From a virus (Duplodnaviria; Caudoviricetes): 64,000 bases of DNA. Positions within the stretch are counted from its first letter, which is position 1. Each line of letters starts with the position of its first letter. The position numbers and the translations under genes are program-made. The stretch spans positions 160,001 to 224,000 of IMG/VR virus record IMGVR_UViG_3300013121_000017. One strand, 5' to 3'. Positions 1 to 8,053 of this stretch are shown here, piece by piece. A model generated the notes under the pieces. It had not been told where the DNA came from. It made no database searches and worked only from the letters and a program-made list of their open reading frames with translations.

Positions 1-2
1 TA

Positions 3-233
3 GACGGATTCAGGACCAACAAAGAAGCAGCTTACCGGCCAGTCCTGTTCCGGTCGCAAAACGGCATTACCAACTGGAAGAGTGAAAATGTCGATATGGC
101 CCCCTCGGAGAACGAGTGGGACAGCATCATGACTGCTTACGGCATCCTCTATTCCCACCACGCCAAGAATTACCTTTTCTACAACGGTAATGGGTTTGGC
201 AAAACCGGCATTGGGATCGCGGTGGAGACATGA
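3..233 (+). CDS. C-terminal part of a beta-propeller glycoside-hydrolase-like protein (partial)
   Basis: Open frame from the window edge ends ...YLFYNGNGFGKTGIGIAVET*, a C-terminal motif seen in GH-like proteins next to wbqC; ATGA overlap with the next gene. Confidence 0.55.
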   Translation, partial: DGFRTNKEAAYRPVLFRSQNGITNWKSENVDMAPSENEWDSIMTAYGILYSHHAKNYLFYNGNGFGKTGIGIAVET

Positions 234-934
234 TTACAACCGTCTTGCAACCGGCCTTCTTGCCCTGGCTCGGCTATCTGTCCATGATCAGGATGTCCGA
301 CACGTTCGTCTTATATGATGACGTGCAGTTCTTTCGTTGGTTCGTCAACAGAAACAAACTCAAAGTTGACGGCAAAGAGAAGTGGCTAACTGTGCCTGTA
401 TGCAGTCACCGCGACTTGATTAGCCAGACGAATATCTCCTACAGCACAGACTGGATGAATCAGCATCTTGAAACCATCCGGCATGCTTACAGCAGGGCCA
501 CAAATTTCAAGGAGGGCTTCGATTTGGTGAGAACAATATACAAAAAGTTCGACACCATTTCGGAGTTGGCTGTTCACTCGGTGAGAACGACCTGTGATTA
601 TCTCGGGTTGAAAACCAAGCTGACGCTTTCCTCAGAGCTTGCTGTCTCAGACAGTGGCAAAACACAGAGACTTATCGACATCTGCCACGCAACAAATGCC
701 AGGATTTACCTGACGGGCTATGGGTCCAGTAATTACATCGAGCCGGACCTGTTTGAAAAAGCGGGCATGAGAATGCTCTTTTTCAAATACGAGGAGAAAC
801 CACGACGCCAGCTTGGGGAAGGATTTGTGCCGTATCTTTCGTCCATCGACGCGATCATGAACAACTCCAAGGAAGAGGTCTTGTCTCTCATTTCAATGAG
901 GCCAGTTCTCAAAATCCAAGCGGAACTTACATGA
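230..934 (+). CDS. WbqC family protein
   Basis: QPAFLPWLGY, FVLYDDVQF, NRNK..WLTVPV, C-terminal YLSSIDAI motifs. Confidence 0.9.
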   Translation: MITTVLQPAFLPWLGYLSMIRMSDTFVLYDDVQFFRWFVNRNKLKVDGKEKWLTVPVCSHRDLISQTNISYSTDWMNQHLETIRHAYSRATNFKEGFDLVRTIYKKFDTISELAVHSVRTTCDYLGLKTKLTLSSELAVSDSGKTQRLIDICHATNARIYLTGYGSSNYIEPDLFEKAGMRMLFFKYEEKPRRQLGEGFVPYLSSIDAIMNNSKEEVLSLISMRPVLKIQAELT

Positions 935-1653
935 AACTCATCAGGAAAAAGAAAGAGATCTTCTTCGGAATCGAGATCATCACATGTAACCGGAAAAAGT
1001 ACCGGCCCATCAAAGAACTTGTTTCCGAAACGCTGAGATCCGTTGTAGAACAGCGGTATCCGCATTGGCGTGTCTATCTCGTCGGCGACCATTACGAACC
1101 CGAGGAAGAGTTTCGTCAATACACAAAAATCATTCCGCGCGAAAAGCTGGTGGCCTACAACTTGAAAGGCCACACTCCAGAAAGAGAGATTTTCAAGAAC
1201 CCAAACCATCTAGCACGCATTGGCGGCAACAAAGCCATCAATTTCTGTCTCGACCTGATGGAGTCTACCGGCATACGCTACACCGCGCGTCTTGACGATG
1301 ACGATCTGTGGACCCCATATCACTTGGAAGCATTACGGGATGAGTTCGTCAAATTCCCATCTCCAGCCTTTGTGTGTACGATGAGCAACTTCAAGTACAC
1401 TGGTATCTTGCCGGCATTCAAACCAGACGAAGAAAGAAGACCAAGAATCACAACGCTGGCGTGCAATGTTGCTGCGTCATCGGTTGCCTGGGACATGAAG
1501 AGGGTTCCGTTGAGATACAGACGAAACCTGATAGACATAGCGTGGGAAGGTCAATACGGTGATGCCGACATGTGGACATCGATAGAACAACATTGTCACA
1601 GACACGGATACGGAATGTCGATTTCACCCAATGTGACCGTGGAGGTTAGATGA
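931..1653 (+). CDS. GT2-like glycosyltransferase
   Basis: SVVEQRYPHW and RLDDDDLW DxD motif; ATGA coupling. Confidence 0.75.
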   Translation: MKLIRKKKEIFFGIEIITCNRKKYRPIKELVSETLRSVVEQRYPHWRVYLVGDHYEPEEEFRQYTKIIPREKLVAYNLKGHTPEREIFKNPNHLARIGGNKAINFCLDLMESTGIRYTARLDDDDLWTPYHLEALRDEFVKFPSPAFVCTMSNFKYTGILPAFKPDEERRPRITTLACNVAASSVAWDMKRVPLRYRRNLIDIAWEGQYGDADMWTSIEQHCHRHGYGMSISPNVTVEVR

Positions 1654-2396
1654 AGAACGTTTGTTTTGGCGTCAAGATTCTGACGTTCAACAACCCAAAC
1701 AAACTGAAGCCGATGAAGGAATATGTCGAGGAAGCTATCGACTGCGTTCGGCGGCAAACCTATCCACACTGGAAGATCCTTCTGATTGGCGATCACTACG
1801 AGCCTCACAGCGAGTTCGTTCAACTGTCACGTCTCGCACCCAAGGACAAAATCGTAGCCGTGAACCTGCCGCGCTCTCCAGAAAGAGAGATTCACACCGG
1901 CTATAACCTCTGGTCGTGCGGCGGCATGACTGCCTTCAACTTCTCACTAGACTTGGCGAACGAGCTTGACCTTACACACATCGCCAATTTGGACGATGAC
2001 GACATTTGGTTTCCACGCCATCTGGAATTCCACGCCGATAGCTACAACACAGACCCGAACGTCGTGATGGTACTGACGCATGGCCATTTCAAGTTGCCAA
2101 ACAACATTTTGCCCAAACACTGTGACGCGCCGCGTCCGTTCTTCGACCAGTCCCCGGTATGGCCGGAAAAAATGGGCAGCATAGCTGGCAACTCTTGTAA
2201 CTGTGCTTGCTCATGGGATTTCAAGCGAGTGCCACTGCGAATAAAGAATACAGTCGAAACGACTCCTTGGGCCAAACAGGCTGGAGATTTTTGGTTTTGG
2301 AAGGAATTTGAGACGATGGCTGTGAAGGGAGGGTATCGAATGGTTCTGCGTCCCGAGATCACGGTTTTCCAGAGACACACCCATCGGGAAAGTTGA
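1650..2396 (+). CDS. GT2-like glycosyltransferase, tandem paralog of the upstream gene
   Basis: QTYPHW..GDHYEP, NLDDDDIW; collinear similarity with 931..1653. Confidence 0.75.
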   Translation: MKNVCFGVKILTFNNPNKLKPMKEYVEEAIDCVRRQTYPHWKILLIGDHYEPHSEFVQLSRLAPKDKIVAVNLPRSPEREIHTGYNLWSCGGMTAFNFSLDLANELDLTHIANLDDDDIWFPRHLEFHADSYNTDPNVVMVLTHGHFKLPNNILPKHCDAPRPFFDQSPVWPEKMGSIAGNSCNCACSWDFKRVPLRIKNTVETTPWAKQAGDFWFWKEFETMAVKGGYRMVLRPEITVFQRHTHRES

Positions 2397-2398
2397 CT

Positions 2399-2435
2399 TT
2401 GTGCCGCGACAACAACTGTGCTATGCTACTAGATA
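2399..2435 (+). promoter_or_regulatory. Sigma70-like promoter plus TAGATA motif upstream of the tRNA/HNH locus
   Basis: TTGTGC-N17-TATGCT with extended TG; TAGATA at 2430-2435. Confidence 0.45.
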
Positions 2436-2442
2436 GCCATGC

Positions 2443-2482
2443 GGAGGGTTAGCTGGCGGTCCAGCAGGCGGACTTATACTGC
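2443..2482 (+). pseudogene. Degenerate 5' half of a tRNA(UAU)
   Basis: TA-GCTG-GCGGTC-CAGC-AG-GCGGA-CTTATA aligns with the 5' half of the tRNA at 2859; no T arm follows. Confidence 0.6.
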
Positions 2483-2513
2483 GAAGAAGGTAGATGAGCC
2501 GCATAGATAGGAC

Positions 2514-2894
2514 ATGCCATCAAAATCCCCCGAGAAGAACCGAGAGTACCAGCGAGCATGGTTTGCGAAGCACAAGGAAGTCCAAAAAGCTCGCAACAAA
2601 GACAACCGCAAGAAGAAGCTGCAATGGTTTTCCGAATACAAATCAACTCTGAAGTGCGTTAAGTGCGGCGAATCTCACGTCGCCACGCTTGACTTTCACC
2701 ATCGCGACCCGACTATAAAAGAAGACGGAATCGGCCTCCTGATACGGAGAGCCTGGAGTATCGAACGGATACTCGAAGAAATCGCCAAGTGCGATGTGCT
2801 TTGCAGCAACTGTCACCGGAAGCTACACTACGAGGAATGCACTGGACAGTTTGCTTATCGAGCGGTAGCTGACGGCCAGCACGCAGCCTTATAA
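2514..2894 (+). CDS. HNH endonuclease
   Basis: CVKCG..LDFHHRDP..KCDVLCSNCHRKLH. Confidence 0.85.
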   Translation: MPSKSPEKNREYQRAWFAKHKEVQKARNKDNRKKKLQWFSEYKSTLKCVKCGESHVATLDFHHRDPTIKEDGIGLLIRRAWSIERILEEIAKCDVLCSNCHRKLHYEECTGQFAYRAVADGQHAAL

Positions 2895-2947
2895 ACTGCT
2901 TAGGGTCTGATAAACCCGAGAAGTGGGTTCGACTCCCACCCGCTCGA
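2859..2947 (+). tRNA. tRNA with UAU anticodon (nominally Ile) and long variable arm; CCA not encoded
   Basis: Acceptor CGAGCGG/CCGCTCG+A; D stem GCTG/CAGC; anticodon arm GCAGC-CTTATAA-ACTGC; V arm GGGT/ACCC; T arm GTGGG-TTCGACT-CCCAC. Confidence 0.8.
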
Positions 2948-3016
2948 CTTAACTCCCTTGCCCTCTACTTCAAACACCCGCTCGTCTTCCTATATACCGC
3001 AAAGGAAGGTGAGCGG

Positions 3017-3652
3017 GTGCTTTCATTTCAACAGTACATCAGACAGGCCGGCGACGAGCGACTGCTGGAGCAGATCGCCCGGAACATGGTCGTGTCCGGC
3101 CACACGATAGAAGACACTTTTCAGTTCCTGCCACAGACCTTGAATGAAGGCTTCTTCCGCCGCCTGGGCGCAGCCTGGAGGGCTTTCTGGAACCCTGATC
3201 AAGAAACCTACACACGCCAGCAAGTCGAAGAATACGTCGCCAAACAAACCCAGGCTATTCAAGCACAACTCCAAACCATGCTGAACGAGCTTGGAAAGGC
3301 TGGTACGGACAAAGCAGCTATTCAGCGGATGCTGGAAAAAATGAACGCACACTTCTCTGGTGTTGCGGCCACGCTTGACCATGCAGCAGAAGTGGATCGA
3401 GCTATGGCTACTCGATCCGGCGGTGGCGAATCCGCAGACGTGACATTGCCGCCAGACCCAGGCGGTGCATGGGATGCTTTGCAAAAGATTCCGGCAATCC
3501 AAAGATCTGAAGCACTAAATACTTGGTGGAACGGTCTGCCGGCTCCAGACAAAGAGAAGATCCTGAAGCTACTGGGACTCGAAGGAGTCGCGGTAGAGGG
3601 TCGTCACTTGAGAAAGCCGCTTGAAGCCGCACGGGCTGCGGGAAAGATTTGA
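3017..3652 (+). CDS. Hypothetical protein, possible internal head protein
   Basis: RBS AAGGAAGG; N-terminus MLSFQQYI; LNEG protease-site-like motif. Confidence 0.65.
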   Translation: MLSFQQYIRQAGDERLLEQIARNMVVSGHTIEDTFQFLPQTLNEGFFRRLGAAWRAFWNPDQETYTRQQVEEYVAKQTQAIQAQLQTMLNELGKAGTDKAAIQRMLEKMNAHFSGVAATLDHAAEVDRAMATRSGGGESADVTLPPDPGGAWDALQKIPAIQRSEALNTWWNGLPAPDKEKILKLLGLEGVAVEGRHLRKPLEAARAAGKI

Positions 3653-3683
3653 CCATCCCTCATAGATAACCCAAGAGGTGAAC

Positions 3684-4331
3684 ATGACAGATTTCGGTCG
3701 TAAAGACTTCGGGGCAGCCCTGAAGATGCTTCTCGAAGCCAAGCCAGCACCAGTTCCGGCAGAAGACGACCCGGAGGCTGATGAAATTGGCGTTGGTGGA
3801 GGAGCATTTTCTGCCTCTGCCAAGGCCAAGGTGAAGGGAGCGGGAGAACTCGACGCCCTCACTGACAACAAGACAGGCATCGCCGCACAACTCAAGGAAT
3901 TCGCAAAGCTCTGGAAGGGCGTAAAGAAGGTCATTGTTGACCAGTCTGAGAACGCCGCCAAGCAACTCGAAGCATTCGCCGCCGCCAACCCAGGCATGGT
4001 CTACTCTGGCAAGAAGACAACCAGGGCTGATGCTACGGCAGCAGCCGGCCTCGGTAAAGAGGCGGAAGCAGGTGCTGTGGATAAGTTTGACCGCGCCGCA
4101 GCCGCCGGGGACCGTGAAACAGCTACCACAAGCACTGGCAAGGTCAGCAAGCTCAGTGGTGCAGACATTGCTGGTTCGAGAAAGGGCAAGAGGGTTTCGA
4201 CCTTCGCGGCTCCTGACGCCGGTGCGACAGACAAGGCTGTGGATGATCTCGCCGCATCGCAACGGACTGGTCCTGCGGTTGAACGTGAGCGGGCGAGACG
4301 CAACATTGCCGCGAAGAGGGGGACAGTATGA
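3684..4331 (+). CDS. Ala/Lys-rich hypothetical protein, possible virion protein
   Basis: GAGG RBS, TAGATA upstream, coupled to the next gene. Confidence 0.65.
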   Translation: MTDFGRKDFGAALKMLLEAKPAPVPAEDDPEADEIGVGGGAFSASAKAKVKGAGELDALTDNKTGIAAQLKEFAKLWKGVKKVIVDQSENAAKQLEAFAAANPGMVYSGKKTTRADATAAAGLGKEAEAGAVDKFDRAAAAGDRETATTSTGKVSKLSGADIAGSRKGKRVSTFAAPDAGATDKAVDDLAASQRTGPAVERERARRNIAAKRGTV

Positions 4332-5089
4332 AAGACTTCGCAGATCTACTCAACGAGATGGTCGTCCTCGGCAACGGTATTGCCGTGGTCTTGAACGAAG
4401 AAGGCGAGGGCGACGATGATGCCGCAGAAGTGCCGGGGAAGGCATTGTCGCTGCCGGCCATGATCAAGATGCTCCGCAAGATGGCCATCAAGGTCAAGGA
4501 GCAGGCCGACATCATGGACCAGAAGATGGACGGCATGCTCACCGCACTCGGCGTCAGCATTGACGATGTGGAAACCCAATTCTCCGGTCTGAGACACTTG
4601 ACCGATGAACAGCAGGCACACATCACCAAGATCACGACCGAAGCGAACACCCGCATCAAGAAGCTGAAGAAGGATCTGGCTCCGTTGGCGAAGCTCAAGG
4701 GTCTGAAAGACATGGACAGCGTTGACAAGCTCATCCAGCGTGTCAACACCCTCGACGCCGAATTGAAGCAGAAGCAACTGGAAATGGATACCCAGAAGCA
4801 GGAGTACGAGGATCTGCTCGACTACTACGAAGACATCATGATCGACATGAAACATGCCGAGATGGAAGCGAAGCGTCAACTCCAGAACGCCAACGCCGCC
4901 ATGACAGGTGCGTGGGAACACGCTGTCGCCGAATTGGAAGAGGAAACAAAGAAGCCGCTGACCGAGTCGGCCAAGCCCAAGAAGAAAAAGAAGCGTCCCA
5001 AGGACTACCAGCACTACGGCACGTTCAACCTGAACGAGCATCTGGCAAAAGCCAGAGAAAAGCTGCCAAAGGCCAAGGGCGACTGGTAA
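4328..5089 (+). CDS. Coiled-coil protein, possible prohead core/internal protein
   Basis: MKDFADLLNE start; several LxE motifs; heptad-rich. Confidence 0.65.
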   Translation: MKDFADLLNEMVVLGNGIAVVLNEEGEGDDDAAEVPGKALSLPAMIKMLRKMAIKVKEQADIMDQKMDGMLTALGVSIDDVETQFSGLRHLTDEQQAHITKITTEANTRIKKLKKDLAPLAKLKGLKDMDSVDKLIQRVNTLDAELKQKQLEMDTQKQEYEDLLDYYEDIMIDMKHAEMEAKRQLQNANAAMTGAWEHAVAELEEETKKPLTESAKPKKKKKRPKDYQHYGTFNLNEHLAKAREKLPKAKGDW

Positions 5090-5095
5090 CAACGA

Positions 5096-5124
5096 AAGAG
5101 CGGCGAGCAATCGCCGCTCTTTTT
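5096..5124 (+). terminator. Intrinsic terminator
   Basis: AAAGAGCGGCGA-GCAA-TCGCCGCTCTTTTT. Confidence 0.8.
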
Positions 5125-5138
5125 GCATAGATAGTTGC

Positions 5139-5549
5139 ATGATCTCTTGGAAAGAATGGCAGGGCGAAAAGCCAGCCAACGTCAACCCTGATGCGCCAAA
5201 GCAGAAGAAGTGGAAGGCGACCAAGGCGGAAGTAATGGAGTTCTGGAAGAAGACCAGACCCGACACCCCGCTGATGATGACGCCTATCCCCTACGACCAC
5301 AAAGGCTCGACCTACCAGAAGGACGGAATCCGCGTCACTGGCAGCAAGGAATTCATTGCGTCTACAATCGCAAGGCTAAAGGAATTCATCGCTTACGAAA
5401 ACCCGGAAACGAAGCTCATGCTCGTCTACCGGGAGACTCAGCCGGCCATCAATCCCGGCGACCGTGCCACATACGTCTTCTACCTTCAAACCAAGCAAAG
5501 AGGTAAGAAAGCGGAAAGAAATGACGTTGCATCACCCTCGATGACGTGA
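5139..5549 (+). CDS. Hypothetical phage protein
   Basis: TAGATA 5 nt before the ATG; MISWKEWQGE start. Confidence 0.7.
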   Translation: MISWKEWQGEKPANVNPDAPKQKKWKATKAEVMEFWKKTRPDTPLMMTPIPYDHKGSTYQKDGIRVTGSKEFIASTIARLKEFIAYENPETKLMLVYRETQPAINPGDRATYVFYLQTKQRGKKAERNDVASPSMT

Positions 5550-5659
5550 TAGCCTCAAATTAAGTCATGGAGGCCACACGTCCTCCGTTGTAGCCGCTAC
5601 AATTCAGGTGAGCCGCCCGAGTACGGAACCGGCAGAAGCCAAAAACTGGAGGAACTACC

Positions 5660-5851
5660 ATGCTCGTTTTGAGCCGCAAGAAGGGTGAGAAGATCATCAT
5701 TGACGAGAGGATCACCATCGAGGTGGTCGAGATCAAAAACAAGCAGATCCGTCTCGGATTCGAGGCTGACAAGAACATCCCGATCCGCCGGGCCGAAGTG
5801 CCGGCACGGGAAGGTCAAGTCCCGCCTCCTGCGAACAACTCTGACCAGTGA
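5660..5851 (+). CDS. csrA: Carbon storage regulator CsrA
   Basis: MLVLSRKKGEKIII..IRLGFEA..IRRAEV; GGAGGA RBS. Confidence 0.9.
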   Translation: MLVLSRKKGEKIIIDERITIEVVEIKNKQIRLGFEADKNIPIRRAEVPAREGQVPPPANNSDQ

Positions 5852-5860
5852 AGTCATCGC

Positions 5861-5909
5861 TGCTTCCGGCAGGATTTGATCTTGTCAATCCTGCCGGAAG
5901 CGGTAGACT
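5861..5909 (+). promoter_or_regulatory. Inverted repeat overlapping a sigma70-like promoter
   Basis: GCTTCCGGCAGGATT..AATCCTGCCGGAAGC; TTGTCA-N16-TAGACT. Confidence 0.45.
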
Positions 5910-5927
5910 GTTCGCCGAAGGGATACG

Positions 5928-6365
5928 ATGCCTGAAATCTTCGAGGTCAGCCCCGGACTATACCAGGGCAGCCATCATCGTCACCTGCCAGATTACATCG
6001 AAGCAGTGCTGAACGTTGATTCGCGGGCCGCGTTCTACAAGACCGAGAACCTGCAATACACCCACATGCCGATCATCGACGGGCCGGACCCCGGCGAAGA
6101 ATGGCTTGAGCGAGCGTTGACGGTTCTGCGTGACTACCGGACTGCCAACCTGAAGACGTTCATCCATTGCCAAGCGGGCATGTCCCGCAGTGTATTCGTA
6201 ACCGCTGCTCTGTTGATGCGTGAACAAGGCATCACCCGAAGAGAGGCCATCAAGCTGATCGATTCCAAGTCGCACTTCGCCGACCCAGCACCGGCCTTCC
6301 TCATGGCACTGGACAAGTTCTACGAGAAGGAACGGAAGGCAAGGGAAGCCGAAGCATCCTCGTAG
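5928..6365 (+). CDS. Dual-specificity protein phosphatase
   Basis: HCQAGMSRS (HCX5R) active site. Confidence 0.88.
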   Translation: MPEIFEVSPGLYQGSHHRHLPDYIEAVLNVDSRAAFYKTENLQYTHMPIIDGPDPGEEWLERALTVLRDYRTANLKTFIHCQAGMSRSVFVTAALLMREQGITRREAIKLIDSKSHFADPAPAFLMALDKFYEKERKAREAEASS

Positions 6366-6375
6366 GATCTATGCT

Positions 6376-6771
6376 ATGTCGCTACACGATGTTGAAGACA
6401 TCCTCGATTCCTGGGAATCAACCGGACTACTTCAGGACTGTCCTGATCGTTTCAACATGGCCCTCTGCCTGGACACGCAACGCCGGGCCAACGAAAAGTA
6501 CGATCACACGCCGCAGTTCAACCGGGTATCCATCCCGGCCATCCTCAACATCTGCAAGAAATCTCCCGATACATTCCAGGGTCTGGTAGAGAGCGAATGC
6601 TCTGACGTTTATCGTCTCGGGCCAATGCCATGTGGCGATGACGCCGACGTGTGCGCCAAACTCGTCATGCGAGTCCTGAACCTCAAGCTCGACATGATGT
6701 ACTTCGGCGGCATGACGCTCAAAGACGGGATGGTCTACATCCTCACGGATCGCGTTGATTCCAGCACATGA
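6376..6771 (+). CDS. Protein with an N-terminus resembling that of gp23-type major capsid protein
   Basis: W..TGLL / A.CLDTQRRANE / QFNRVSIP resembles MCP W..TGLL / A.LLENQ / F..I.IP (recalled, not searched). Confidence 0.55.
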   Translation: MSLHDVEDILDSWESTGLLQDCPDRFNMALCLDTQRRANEKYDHTPQFNRVSIPAILNICKKSPDTFQGLVESECSDVYRLGPMPCGDDADVCAKLVMRVLNLKLDMMYFGGMTLKDGMVYILTDRVDSST

Positions 6772-7163
6772 CGACGGAACCGTCCGTCCATGTCGCCGAG
6801 AGCCGAATCCTGGGTCGGCTTCGGAACCTTGCCGCCGATCTCGGAATCAATTCGTCGCAACAAGCCAGACAGCATGTAGCGACGTAAACTCGGATCGGAT
6901 TCAGATACGGCTTCGTCGGCCTCGCCGCTGAGTGAGTTGAAGATAGAGACAAGATCATGGGCCAGGGCGTCATCGTCGCTCTGGCTCGCTTTGTTTGAAC
7001 ACCGTTGAAGGGCGTCCTTGAAGTTGTTGATGTGAGGTAGAATGTCCATGCCGGATGATTCGCGACTGGTGGACTGTACCAGGGCGCGACCGAGATTGAC
7101 CTTGGCGTCCATCAAGTCTTCATCGAAAGGCTTCAGTGTGAGCCACTGGGTAAATTCGAGCAT
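6735..7163 (-). CDS. Hypothetical protein
   Basis: TACATA 5 nt before the ATG; MLEFTQWL start. Confidence 0.6.
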   Translation of the reverse strand: MLEFTQWLTLKPFDEDLMDAKVNLGRALVQSTSRESSGMDILPHINNFKDALQRCSNKASQSDDDALAHDLVSIFNSLSGEADEAVSESDPSLRRYMLSGLLRRIDSEIGGKVPKPTQDSALGDMDGRFRRHVLESTRSVRM

Positions 7164-7234
7164 GCAGGTATGTAGAGAAAGAAGCACTCGAAAACGGGGA
7201 TGACATCAAGCCCTAAAAGTGAGAAAATAGACCG

Positions 7235-8053
7235 ATGGACAAGATCATCCTGAAAACCCCCGAGCAGATTGACGGCATACGCCGAAGCTGTCAAGTTGCC
7301 GTCAACGTGTTGAAAGGCATCAAAGACTATGTCCTGCCCGGAATGCGGACCTGTGAACTCAATACCTTGATTGACATAGCCATGCGTCGGATGAATGCCG
7401 TCCCGGCGACCCTAAATTACAAGGGCTATCCCGCCTCGGCATGCGTGTCGGTCAACAACGTGATCTGTCACGGGGTTCCCAACAAAAGAGTCCTCGAATG
7501 GGGTGATGTTGTCAAGATTGATGTGACCACCATCGTCAACGGCTACTACGGAGACACCTGCTACACCTGGGTCGTTGGACAACCCACCTCAGAATCGCAC
7601 AGGATCGTCGCTGCGGCCCGCGCCTGCCTCTGGGCGGGCATACGGGCCGTTCAGCCTGGGAAGCCGCTAGGAGCGATTTCCAGGGCCGTCAGGTTGACCG
7701 CCGACCAATACCGTTGTTCGGTGGTACACCAGTTCTGCGGCCACGGAGTAGGAATCGCCTTCCATGAACCGCCAAATGTGGTGTATGACTCGCTGGTGGG
7801 GTCTGCGGGGCCAATAATGACGCCTGGAATGACGTTCACCATCGAACCTATGATCAACGCCGGTGTCGCAGAAGCGGTGGTGGATGCGGCGGACGGCTGG
7901 TCGGCTTACACGGCTGACGGCAAGTTGTCAGCACAGTTTGAACACACTGTTCTTGTTACCCGAACCGGCTGTGAGGTTCTGACAGACTGGGGTGACGAGA
8001 AGACCTTGTTACCCCAACTGAGGCTACCGGAGGAAATATGGCGATCACACTGA
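7235..8053 (+). CDS. map: Methionine aminopeptidase type I
   Basis: SVNNVICHGVP, DVT..GYYGDT, GHGVG..FHEPP, TIEPM, SAQFEHT. Confidence 0.95.
   Translation: MDKIILKTPEQIDGIRRSCQVAVNVLKGIKDYVLPGMRTCELNTLIDIAMRRMNAVPATLNYKGYPASACVSVNNVICHGVPNKRVLEWGDVVKIDVTTIVNGYYGDTCYTWVVGQPTSESHRIVAAARACLWAGIRAVQPGKPLGAISRAVRLTADQYRCSVVHQFCGHGVGIAFHEPPNVVYDSLVGSAGPIMTPGMTFTIEPMINAGVAEAVVDAADGWSAYTADGKLSAQFEHTVLVTRTGCEVLTDWGDEKTLLPQLRLPEEIWRSH

Noticed and set aside
2443-2894. Group I intron in the tRNA anticodon loop
   Set aside because: The downstream tRNA is already complete, the remnant acceptor strand does not pair with its 3' end, and no P7/core intron elements were found
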